Source of the DNA: Patescibacteria group bacterium
GTDB taxonomy: Bacteria > Patescibacteriota > Microgenomatia > UBA12405
Length of the DNA: 54,348 bases
Assembly (NCBI GenBank): GCA_038062455.1
Contig: JBBTXE010000001.1
Location: forward strand, 316,371 to 370,718
Reading direction: 5' to 3'
Part shown: piece by piece, positions 36,872 to 45,012 of the stretch
Numbering within the stretch: position 1 is the stretch's first letter
Layout: each line of letters starts with the position of its first letter
The notes under the pieces: generated by a model
Told to the model about the DNA's origin: nothing
Databases searched by the model: none
Seen by the model: the letters and a program-made list of their open reading frames with translations, nothing else
Position numbers and translations under genes: made by a program

Positions 36872-37453
36872 ATGTGGATTATTCTTACCGTCCTGGTTGT
36901 TTTGGTTCTTTATATCGTTGGCTTTTTTAACAGTCTTAAAACCCTTCAGGTCAGAATCACCGCTTCTATCCAAGAAATTGGTAATCAATTAAAACGCCAA
37001 TCAAACTTAATTCCCAACCTGATTGAATCAGTCAAGGGATACCTGAAACAGGAAAAAGGTATATTCGAAGATTTAACTTCAGCCCGAAAAAGTATTGATT
37101 CAGCTATGGAAAACCAATCCGGTGCCAAAATTGATGAGGCTCAAAAATTAATTTCTAAAGTTCTTGGCTCCATTAAAGTTATCATGGAAAGTAACCCGGA
37201 AATAAAATCAGCCGGACTGGTTGGGAATCTCATGGACGAACTTCGGGATACTTCCGACAAAGTTATGTACGCCCGCCGAACCCTCATTGATTTGTCGGCC
37301 GACTTCAACACCAAGATATCCACCATCCCCGGTATCTGGATTGCTCCACCAATGGGCTTTACCGCTCAAAAAGGTTTAGACACCCCTATTTCCGGAGAAT
37401 TTCTTGAAGTTTCGTCAACCGAAACCAAAAATCCTGAAGTAAAACTCAACTAA
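36872..37453 (+). CDS. lemA: LemA family protein
   Basis: TM N-terminus, IGNQLKRQSNLIPNLIESVKGY, ESNPEIKS, ARR..FN. Start ATG 36872; TGTTATAAT at 36839. Confidence 0.88.
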   Translation: MWIILTVLVVLVLYIVGFFNSLKTLQVRITASIQEIGNQLKRQSNLIPNLIESVKGYLKQEKGIFEDLTSARKSIDSAMENQSGAKIDEAQKLISKVLGSIKVIMESNPEIKSAGLVGNLMDELRDTSDKVMYARRTLIDLSADFNTKISTIPGIWIAPPMGFTAQKGLDTPISGEFLEVSSTETKNPEVKLN

Positions 37454-37459
37454 ATAGTC

Positions 37460-38332
37460 ATGAACATTTATCAACAGATATCTTCTAATAAAAGAAGATC
37501 ACTTTTAATTATCTGTTTATTCATCGGCTTTATTACTGGAGCCGTTTATCTTATTGCCCAAAGCTATTCTTCCCCCGAATTGATTCCCTTGGCCATTATT
37601 TTTTCCACCGGATCGGCTCTGGTGGGCTATTTTGCCGGTGACCAAATTGCCCTTAAACTTAACCATGCCAAAATCGCTACCCGAAAAGAATATTTTGACT
37701 TTTATACTGTCACCGAAAATCTGGCTCTAGCTGCCAATATTCCCCCTCCTAAAATCTTTGTCATCGATTCGGCCGCCATGAATGCCTTTGCCACCGGTCG
37801 TGACCCCACCCACGCTTCTGTCTGTGCCACCACCGGCCTTCTTTCCAAACTTAATCGCACTGAACTTGAAGGGGTCATTGCCCACGAATTGTCTCATGTT
37901 AAAAACTACGACACCAGGCTGATGACTCTGGTTTCCGTCTTAATCGGCACCCTATCTATCCTGACTAACCTAAGTACCCGCCGCCATTTTTTCAACTCCG
38001 GCGATGACCGTAAAAACGGTGGTATCTTTGTAATTATTGGTCTTATTTTAATTATCTTCGCCCCCATCATCGCTCAACTAATTCAACTGGCTATTTCCCG
38101 CCGTCGTGAATTTTTTGCCGATGCCAGTGCCGTCATGATTACCCGTCAACCCAGCGGTCTTATTGAAGCCCTTAAAAAAATATCCACCGACCCCAATCCT
38201 TTAAAAAGCGCCTCCACCGCCACCGCTTCTCTTTACATAAATAACCCGTTTAAGGGAAATAAACTCGCCTCTCTCTTTTCCACTCACCCTCCCATCGCCG
38301 CCCGCATCAAAGCCCTTGAAGAGATGATGTAA
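37460..38332 (+). CDS. htpX: M48 zinc metalloprotease HtpX
   Basis: NAFATG, GVIAHELSH (HExxH), SRRREFFADA, FSTHPP; forms the known lemA-htpX pair. Confidence 0.92.
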   Translation: MNIYQQISSNKRRSLLIICLFIGFITGAVYLIAQSYSSPELIPLAIIFSTGSALVGYFAGDQIALKLNHAKIATRKEYFDFYTVTENLALAANIPPPKIFVIDSAAMNAFATGRDPTHASVCATTGLLSKLNRTELEGVIAHELSHVKNYDTRLMTLVSVLIGTLSILTNLSTRRHFFNSGDDRKNGGIFVIIGLILIIFAPIIAQLIQLAISRRREFFADASAVMITRQPSGLIEALKKISTDPNPLKSASTATASLYINNPFKGNKLASLFSTHPPIAARIKALEEMM

Positions 38333-38376
38333 TTACAGCATTTTGTCCGTACGGTTCGTATTTGACCCATTCTGCT

Positions 38377-38410
38377 TTATTGATAATTGATAATTGAAAA
38401 TTGATAATTA
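38377..38410. repeat. Heptamer array (TAATTGA-type)
   Basis: TTATTGA TAATTGA TAATTGA AAATTGA TAATTA immediately before dnaE. Confidence 0.75.
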
Positions 38411-38416
38411 TTTTTG

Positions 38417-41400
38417 ATGTCCGACTTTGTTCATCTTCATCTTCACACCGAATACTCACTCCTCGACGGTCTGACCAAAATCAAAAAACTGGCCGCTACC
38501 CTTAAAGACTTCAACATGAAAGCCTGTGCTATCACTGATCATGGCAACTTATACGGGGCCATTGAGTTTTACAAAACCATGGTTAAAAATGATATTAAGC
38601 CCATCATTGGCTGTGAAATCTACACCTGTCTTGGAGACCGTCACAACAAAACCAGCCAAAACCGCAAAAGCTACCATCTAATCCTTTTGGCCAAAGATCG
38701 TCAGGGTTACCAAAACTTAATCAAAATTGTCTCGCTCGGTTACTTTGAAGGCTTTTATTACAAACCCCGAATTGATTGGGAAATATTAGAAAAATATCAT
38801 CAGGGTCTTATTTGTACCAGTGCTTGTCCGCAGGGAGAAATTGGATCATTAATCCTAAACAATCAATACGACCAAGGCCGCGATAGCGCCGCCAAGTTTC
38901 AACAGCTCTTTGGCTCCGATTACTATTTAGAAATTCAGCGCCACCCTGGCGTCAAAGACATGGAAAAATTCGGGGAGGGAATTATTAAAATCAGCCGGGA
39001 ATTAGGCATTCCTCTAGTAGCCACCAATGATTCTCACTATCTTAAAAAAGAAGAGGCTTTTGCCCAAGATGTCCTGGTAATGATCAACACCCAAACTACC
39101 ACCAGCACCCCAAATCGAATGTCCATGGTCGATTTCCCTGATTTTTATGTCAAAAACCAGGATGAAATGGTTTCCCTCTATCCGGATCTTCCTGATGCCA
39201 TCAAAAACACCAACAAAATTGCGGAAATGTGTAATCTGGAAATTGAAATTGGCAAATGGTTTTTTCCCAAATTTAAACTTCCCCCCAAGACCACCGCCGA
39301 AAAATATCTAAAAAAGATTACCTACAAACAGGCCAAAGAGCATTTCGGCCAGTTGACTCCGGCCGTAAAAAATCGTCTCGATTACGAACTGTCAGTTATC
39401 TGCCCCAAAGGCTATTCTCCTTACTTTTTAATTATGAAAGATTTTATAGAGTGGTGCGAGCAAAACGATACCCCCACCAACACCCGGGGTTCAGCTTCCG
39501 GCTCACTCGTCTCTTTTGTTCTGGGTATTACTTCAGTTGATCCCCTTGTTTATCAACTACCCTTTGAACGCTTTTTAAATAAAGACCGACCATCCCCCCC
39601 GGATATTGATCTCGATGTTGCCGACGATCAACGCCAGGCAATGCTTTATCACATTAGCGAAAAATACGGCCAAGACGCTGTTGCCCAAATCTGCACCTTT
39701 GGCCGAATGATGGCCCGCGGTGCCGTTCGGGATACCGCCCGGGTATTGGGTTATGAATATGCCATCGGCGACAGGATCAGTAAACTAATTCCCCTGGGAA
39801 GCCAGGGTTTCCCTATGTCTATTGACAAAGCCCTCAACACTACCCCTGAACTCCAGATGATGTTTGACACCGACCCCGATGCTCAAAAAATTCTCTCTAC
39901 TGCCAAACAAATTGAAGGCTGCGCCCGCCATATTTCCGTCCACGCCTGCGGTTTAGTTATTTCTCCCACTACTATTAACGATTTTTGTCCGACCCAAACC
40001 GAAACCGGTGGTGATAAACCTATTACTCAATACGAGTTTCACGCCTGCGAAGATGTTGGTCTAATTAAATACGACATCTTGGGAATTAGAAACCTTTCCT
40101 TTCTTCGTCAGGCGGTTATTAATGTCCGAAAGACCAAAAACATTGACATTAACCTTCGAAAAATTCCCCTTGATGATAAAAAAACTTTTGAAATGCTTTC
40201 CCGGGGCAATACCATGGGCGTTTTCCAACTCGGCGGGGAAGGAATAACCAAATGGCTTCGGGAACTAAAACCCAATCGGGTCGAAGATCTCATGGCCATG
40301 GTCGCTCTCTACCGACCCGGTCCTATGTCCATAATTCCCGAATATATCGCCCGCAAAAACGACCCTAAAAAAATTTCCTACTTCGACCCTAAAATGAAAA
40401 AATTTTTAAACAAATCCTACGGGCTTTTGGTTTATCAGGATGACTGTCTTTACACCGCCATTGAACTGGCCGGTTACGATTGGGTTACGGTTGATAAGTT
40501 TCGAAAAGCTATCGGTAAAAAAATCCCCGAAGAAATGAATGCCCAAAAAGAAAAATTTATCGGGGGTTGTGTCAAAAACGGTTATACCAAAGAAAAGGCC
40601 GAAGAAATTTTTGGCTTCATCGAACCCTTTACCTCCTATGGCTTTAACAAAGCCCACGCCGCTTCCTACGGCATGCTGGCTTACCGTACCGCTTATATGA
40701 AAGCCAACTTCCCGGTTGAATACATGTGCGCTCTTTTATCCGCCGAAGCTAACGACTCGGAAAAAGTCAGTGCCGGAATCGAAGAATGCCGCAATATGAG
40801 CATTATCGTTTCCCCTCCCGATATCAATCTTTCCCAAAAAGGTTTTGAAATGGAGGATAACCCCGACTCATTGGAAAAAATGTCTATTCGCATCGGACTT
40901 TCAGCTATAAAAAATGTTGGCGATGTCGCCATTGATCTTATTCTAAAGGAACGGAATACTAAAGGAATTTTTAAAAATTTTTCCGACTTTTGTCTTCGCG
41001 TCAGCGGCCAAAAAGTTAACAAAAAAGTTTTGGAAAGTTTAATTAAAGTCGGCGCCTTTGACATCTTTGCTGAAAGAAATGCCATTTTAGCCGGACTGGA
41101 AATTATTCGAAACAATTGTGACCGAATTACCTCCAAAAGAAGTAACGGCCAATTTGGACTTTTTGACGGCGGCGAAGAAAAAGGGGAACAAACCATGGTT
41201 GATAAGTTTCCTATTGTTTCCCCCATGACCGAAAAAGACAGACTGGACCAGGAAAAACAACTTCTGGGAATTTATGTTACGGAAAATCCAATCTCCAAAA
41301 TCCTATTGCCTTTCCTCCAAGCCTCACTCCCTAAAATTAGCGAAATAATAAACCGTGAAGATAATCTTACCGTCAAATTTGTCGGAGTTGTCACCCGTTT

Positions 41401-41836
41401 TAAGACTATCCGTACCAAAAAAGATAATTCGTCCATGGCTTTTATCACTATTAGCGATGGAACTGGGGAAGTTGAGGGGGTAGTTTTCCCCAAAGCTTAC
41501 CAAAATCATCAAGAACTGTTAAAAGAAAACCAAGCTGTCTACGTTGAAGGTAAAACTAATTCCCGAAATGACACTAAATCAATACTAATCGATCTTTTAG
41601 CGGAAAAGCTTCCCGACACTGTTAAGAAATTTGATTTCGTCATTGAAGTACCCGAAGGTTCCAGCCAAAGCCAGCTAATGGAATTAAACCATCTTTTAAA
41701 GGACAACCCCAACGGCCATCGCGGCCTGATTGTTCTTCCCAACGGCAAACAAATACCACTTTCCTATGGTGTTAAATATTCCCCCTCTCTCCAAAAACAA
41801 ATCGATTCTATCCTAAATACGCAAAACATTGATTAG
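38417..41836 (+). CDS. dnaE: DNA polymerase III alpha subunit
   Basis: FVHLHLHTEYSLLDG, TDHGNLYG, RGSASGS, PPDIDLD, KYDILG, YGFNKAH, OB fold. No intein-sized insert. Confidence 0.97.
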   Translation: MSDFVHLHLHTEYSLLDGLTKIKKLAATLKDFNMKACAITDHGNLYGAIEFYKTMVKNDIKPIIGCEIYTCLGDRHNKTSQNRKSYHLILLAKDRQGYQNLIKIVSLGYFEGFYYKPRIDWEILEKYHQGLICTSACPQGEIGSLILNNQYDQGRDSAAKFQQLFGSDYYLEIQRHPGVKDMEKFGEGIIKISRELGIPLVATNDSHYLKKEEAFAQDVLVMINTQTTTSTPNRMSMVDFPDFYVKNQDEMVSLYPDLPDAIKNTNKIAEMCNLEIEIGKWFFPKFKLPPKTTAEKYLKKITYKQAKEHFGQLTPAVKNRLDYELSVICPKGYSPYFLIMKDFIEWCEQNDTPTNTRGSASGSLVSFVLGITSVDPLVYQLPFERFLNKDRPSPPDIDLDVADDQRQAMLYHISEKYGQDAVAQICTFGRMMARGAVRDTARVLGYEYAIGDRISKLIPLGSQGFPMSIDKALNTTPELQMMFDTDPDAQKILSTAKQIEGCARHISVHACGLVISPTTINDFCPTQTETGGDKPITQYEFHACEDVGLIKYDILGIRNLSFLRQAVINVRKTKNIDINLRKIPLDDKKTFEMLSRGNTMGVFQLGGEGITKWLRELKPNRVEDLMAMVALYRPGPMSIIPEYIARKNDPKKISYFDPKMKKFLNKSYGLLVYQDDCLYTAIELAGYDWVTVDKFRKAIGKKIPEEMNAQKEKFIGGCVKNGYTKEKAEEIFGFIEPFTSYGFNKAHAASYGMLAYRTAYMKANFPVEYMCALLSAEANDSEKVSAGIEECRNMSIIVSPPDINLSQKGFEMEDNPDSLEKMSIRIGLSAIKNVGDVAIDLILKERNTKGIFKNFSDFCLRVSGQKVNKKVLESLIKVGAFDIFAERNAILAGLEIIRNNCDRITSKRSNGQFGLFDGGEEKGEQTMVDKFPIVSPMTEKDRLDQEKQLLGIYVTENPISKILLPFLQASLPKISEIINREDNLTVKFVGVVTRFKTIRTKKDNSSMAFITISDGTGEVEGVVFPKAYQNHQELLKENQAVYVEGKTNSRNDTKSILIDLLAEKLPDTVKKFDFVIEVPEGSSQSQLMELNHLLKDNPNGHRGLIVLPNGKQIPLSYGVKYSPSLQKQIDSILNTQNID

Positions 41837-41870
41837 CCGGAAGCTTTAATATAAAATACCCCGTACCACT

Positions 41871-42182
41871 ATGGCGCTTAAATTTACCCACCAAGATTTA
41901 GAATTCAGCGTTGGCGATACCGTCAAGGTCAATTACAAAATCAAAGAAAAGGATAAAGAAAGGATTCAGGCCTTTGATGGAATAATCCTGGCCATCCGAG
42001 GGGCAGGTGACAGTAAATCCTTTTTAGTTGCTAAAAATGCTGCCGATGGAGTTCGGGTTGAACGTATCTTTCCGATTAATTCTCCCTGGATTGATTCAAT
42101 CAAGAAAATCCGCTCTCCTAAAACCAAAATCCGTCGGGCCAAGCTCTATTTCCTGCGCAAACCACACGCCAGAGCTATCTAA
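41871..42182 (+). CDS. rplS: 50S ribosomal protein L19
   Basis: FSVGDTVKV, KERIQAFDG, GVRVERIFP, RRAKLYFLR. Confidence 0.95.
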   Translation: MALKFTHQDLEFSVGDTVKVNYKIKEKDKERIQAFDGIILAIRGAGDSKSFLVAKNAADGVRVERIFPINSPWIDSIKKIRSPKTKIRRAKLYFLRKPHARAI

Positions 42183-42222
42183 TTATCTCTATTTGTCATC
42201 TATCAACCTCTTCATTTCTAAT

Positions 42223-42257
42223 TAATTGATAATTGATAATTGATAATTGATAATTGA
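42223..42257. repeat. Perfect heptamer array (TAATTGA)x5
   Basis: Five exact units ending 6 nt before tRNA-Lys. Confidence 0.9.
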
Positions 42258-42263
42258 CTCATC

Positions 42264-42335
42264 GGGTCCTTAGCTCAGCGGTAGAGCAGCTGCCTTTTAA
42301 GCAGTTGGTCGCGAGTCCGATCCTCGCAGGGCCCA
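42264..42335 (+). tRNA. tRNA-Lys(TTT)
   Basis: Acceptor GGGTCCT/AGGGCCC, anticodon loop ctTTTaa, T-arm GCGAG-TCCGATC-CTCGC. Confidence 0.92.
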
Positions 42336-42369
42336 CCGCGTCAAACGCGGCTTCGCCAGAAGACGAATT

Positions 42370-42472
42370 TGACCGAGTCGCGTTTGACGCGACCGAAATG
42401 AAACAAACTCAATATTATTTCTGACCGAGTCGCGTTTGACGCGACCGAAATGAAACAAACTCAATATTATTT
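42370..42472 (+). repeat. Tandem duplication of 51 bp (period 52) containing a hairpin and the GIY-YIG start codon
   Basis: TGACCGAGTCGCGTTTGACGCGACCGAAATGAAACAAACTCAATATTATTT at 42370-42420 and 42422-42472. Confidence 0.92.
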
Positions 42473-42737
42473 CGTGTACATTCTTTTTTGCTATGGAAAT
42501 GGTCATTTATACATCGGATTCTCATCAAACTACAAACAAAGATTGCTTAAACACCAACAGGGGAAAGTGACCTCAACTAGAAAAAGTTTACCTGTAGAAT
42601 TAATTTATCTCGAGGTGTTTAAAAATATTAAAGACGCTAAAAGTCGTGAGGTGTATTTAAAAAGCGGTAATGGCCGAAAACAACTAAAAGAAATGTTGAA
42701 GAACACTTTAATTGAAAAAAACTATAAATATTTATGA
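42450..42737 (+). CDS. Stand-alone GIY-YIG nuclease
   Basis: YFVYIL...HLYIGFS...RLLKHQQG...ELIYLE...AKSREVYLKSG. Confidence 0.9.
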   Translation: MKQTQYYFVYILFCYGNGHLYIGFSSNYKQRLLKHQQGKVTSTRKSLPVELIYLEVFKNIKDAKSREVYLKSGNGRKQLKEMLKNTLIEKNYKYL

Positions 42738-43342
42738 GTTTTTATGGTTTCATTATCGGCCTTTCCGTTTCCTTAGGTATCTATCTTTTTGAAAAAAGCA
42801 ACACTCTTATCCCCAAAAAACTGGTTAACTTTTTTGTTTTTGGCTTTTTAATTTCCCTTCTTATTGGCGCCCGCCTCTATCATGTCTTTGATCAGTGGAA
42901 TTATTATTCCCAAAACCTCCTCCAAATTCTCAACACTCGGGGCGGGGGATTAGGAATCTATGGCGCCCTGATAGCCGGATTTATGTTTCTCCTATTTTTT
43001 GCCAAAATATATAAAATTCCCTTTCTAAAAATAACTGATCTGTTGACCCCCATCCTACCGCTTTGCCAATCTATCGGCCGTTTTGGCAATTTTTTCAATC
43101 ACGAAATTCCCACTTGGTGGCTGGAAGCTTCCCTAAATTTACTTCTCTTTTTTCTTCTCAAAAAATCCAAAAACCCCACTGCTCATTATTTAATTGCTTA
43201 TGGCTTAATTCGCTTTTTTATTGAATTCTTTCGAAATGACACTTGGACCATCAATCACCTCAAAATCGCCCAACTGATCAGTTTTATCTGTATTTTTTTT
43301 GGTTTATTCCTTTTGCAAAAGCCTCGTCGAATAGGGGATTAG
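42734..43342 (+). CDS. lgt: Prolipoprotein diacylglyceryl transferase (short)
   Basis: FYG, IGARLYHV, GGLGIYGA, QSIGRFGNFFNHE, RFFIEFFR. Confidence 0.88.
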   Translation: MSFYGFIIGLSVSLGIYLFEKSNTLIPKKLVNFFVFGFLISLLIGARLYHVFDQWNYYSQNLLQILNTRGGGLGIYGALIAGFMFLLFFAKIYKIPFLKITDLLTPILPLCQSIGRFGNFFNHEIPTWWLEASLNLLLFFLLKKSKNPTAHYLIAYGLIRFFIEFFRNDTWTINHLKIAQLISFICIFFGLFLLQKPRRIGD

Positions 43343-44395
43343 CCTTTCATAAACACCTGCTGATTTTGCCTTATTTACGGTAATTAGGTTGCAAATATTT
43401 TTCAATTCTTGATTACTCAAACCCACACTTTTTAATTCCTCCTCTGAGGCTTTTAATGGCATTTTCGGCCCTCCCAAAAATGTCCCCGTCCAATTACAGC
43501 GAATACAAACCTTATTCAATTTATCTCCAAAAAATTTTCTAATAAAACGATGTAATTCCTCGTCTACCACCTGATTTTTATTCGCCGTCGGGTAAGGGGA
43601 ATAATATCGCAAAGGTTTGGTACTTTCCAAAAGAGCACTGCAACAACCACCCACAAACTTAATTCCCATTTCTTGACAAGCCAAACTAATCACCCTCATC
43701 CCAAAAGCGGTGGCCATTGGGGCAATTGTCACTACCGTCTTGGGAACACAACCAATATTTAACAGTTCCTCCAACATTTTAACATGCTGCATCCCTGAAG
43801 CTACCGGATCACTAATATATAAAACTTCCAAATTTATTAAATTGAAACCTTCCAAATTAGGCTTAACCGACAATTGCGATTCTCGGGTATAGATATTCCC
43901 TGCCGCCTTGTGACTCATCGCCACAATTGTTGAGGGAATATTTTTCTTTTCATCCACCAAATAAACTGCCCTTTGCCAATTAGTTAAATGACCCTCCCTA
44001 GCAAAATAAATTATTCCCGAATTATCAGCATTCGACTTTTCAATTAGCTCTCTCATCTTCGGACTATTGGCCAACTGATACATAGCTACTTCCATATCTA
44101 ATTGTGCCAACGGTCCAAAGTGATACCTTGGTAAAACAAATTTATTATCATGATCAAAACCTCCCGCACCGCTAATAATTTCCATTTCCGGACTGGAAAC
44201 TGCCACTACTCCCATTGCTTCCATAAAAGCAAACTCGCTTTTTTCCCCCAAAACAGACAAATAAATCCGGTGATTTTTTATTCGGTATTTACCCCTTACC
44301 CCAATTCCAACTATTTCACTTAATTGTTCTTCTTCGACCTGCGCCGCAATTTTAAAAAAAATACTTTGTTTATTTCCAGGTTGATTATCTGTCAT
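43304..44395 (-). CDS. Divergent type I phosphoribosyltransferase (UPRT-like)
   Basis: YFAREG and LYISDPVASG...PKTVVTIAPMAT resemble the UPRT ILRAG and VDPMLATG motifs. Confidence 0.5.
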   Translation of the reverse strand: MTDNQPGNKQSIFFKIAAQVEEEQLSEIVGIGVRGKYRIKNHRIYLSVLGEKSEFAFMEAMGVVAVSSPEMEIISGAGGFDHDNKFVLPRYHFGPLAQLDMEVAMYQLANSPKMRELIEKSNADNSGIIYFAREGHLTNWQRAVYLVDEKKNIPSTIVAMSHKAAGNIYTRESQLSVKPNLEGFNLINLEVLYISDPVASGMQHVKMLEELLNIGCVPKTVVTIAPMATAFGMRVISLACQEMGIKFVGGCCSALLESTKPLRYYSPYPTANKNQVVDEELHRFIRKFFGDKLNKVCIRCNWTGTFLGGPKMPLKASEEELKSVGLSNQELKNICNLITVNKAKSAGVYERLIPYSTRLLQKE

Positions 44396-44445
44396 CCTGA
44401 AATTCCATTTTAACAGAATTTATATCCCACCACAATCAAATAATT

Positions 44446-44454
44446 TGATAAAAT
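44446..44454 (+). promoter_or_regulatory. Extended -10 promoter (TGATAAAAT), probably the original tRNA-Glu promoter
   Basis: Ends 9 nt before the first tRNA 5'-like fragment at 44464. Confidence 0.5.
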
Positions 44455-44463
44455 ATCAGCCAC

Positions 44464-44824
44464 GGCTCCACCGTTGCCGACCTGGCTCCATCGTTGCCGG
44501 TTGCAGCAAAGCTGCACCGAGCATTCTCGGTCCGGCTAAAGCCGAGACCGGAACTAGTGGCTTAAGCAACATGCATTGCTGTTACATTCTTAAATCCTTC
44601 ACTGATAATTCGTATTATGTGGGGTCTACCAACAACTTAACCAATCGTCTCAATTTTTACAACCGGGGAAAATCCCGATATACCAAAAGAAAAATACCTT
44701 GGGTTTTGATATACTCAGAATGCTTTTCAACCCTATCTTTGGCAAGAAAAAGGGAATATCAATTAAAGTCTTGGAAGAATAGGGATTCATTGGAAAGATT
44801 AATCAAAAAATCTGGCTCCATCGT
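44464..44824 (+). mobile_element. Putative GIY-YIG cassette inserted in the 5' end of tRNA-Glu
   Basis: CTGGCTCCATCGT at 44482-44494 is identical to 44812-44824 (tRNA 5' end); hairpin cluster and nuclease gene lie between them. Confidence 0.6.
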
Positions 44825-44828
44825 CTAG
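44571..44828 (+). CDS. Stand-alone GIY-YIG nuclease
   Basis: CYILKS..DNSYYVGSTNNLTNRL...RYTK...WVLIYSE...ARKREYQLKSWK. Start ATG 44571; stop lies inside tRNA-Glu. Confidence 0.88.
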   Translation: MHCCYILKSFTDNSYYVGSTNNLTNRLNFYNRGKSRYTKRKIPWVLIYSECFSTLSLARKREYQLKSWKNRDSLERLIKKSGSIV

Positions 44829-44887
44829 TGGCCTAGGACACCTGGCTTTCATCCAGGTAATCGGGGGTTCGACTCCCCCTGGAGTCA
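44814..44887 (+). tRNA. tRNA-Glu(TTC)
   Basis: Acceptor GGCTCCA/TGGAGTC, anticodon arm CCTGG-ctTTCat-CCAGG, T-loop TTCGACT. Confidence 0.95.
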
Positions 44888-45012
44888 CACAGAGGGAATT
44901 CGCGTCAGGACAGGGTACGCGACGCCGCGTGAGTACGGCCGCGCGAAGCGTCGCAAACGGCTTTTTTAAATCGTCCTTCAAAAAAAATGAAAACGAAAAA
45001 TTTGAGTAACAT

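Noticed and set aside
38417-41836. Intein in DnaE
   Set aside because: Length and motif spacing are normal; no C...HN splice junction insert was seen.
42370-42472. Direct repeats as a CRISPR array
   Set aside because: Only two copies separated by 1 nt, with no spacers and no cas genes in the window.
44445-44570. N-terminal extension of the GIY-YIG ORF in the ORF track
   Set aside because: It translates the promoter, tRNA-fragment and hairpin region; the nuclease motif begins at ATG 44571.
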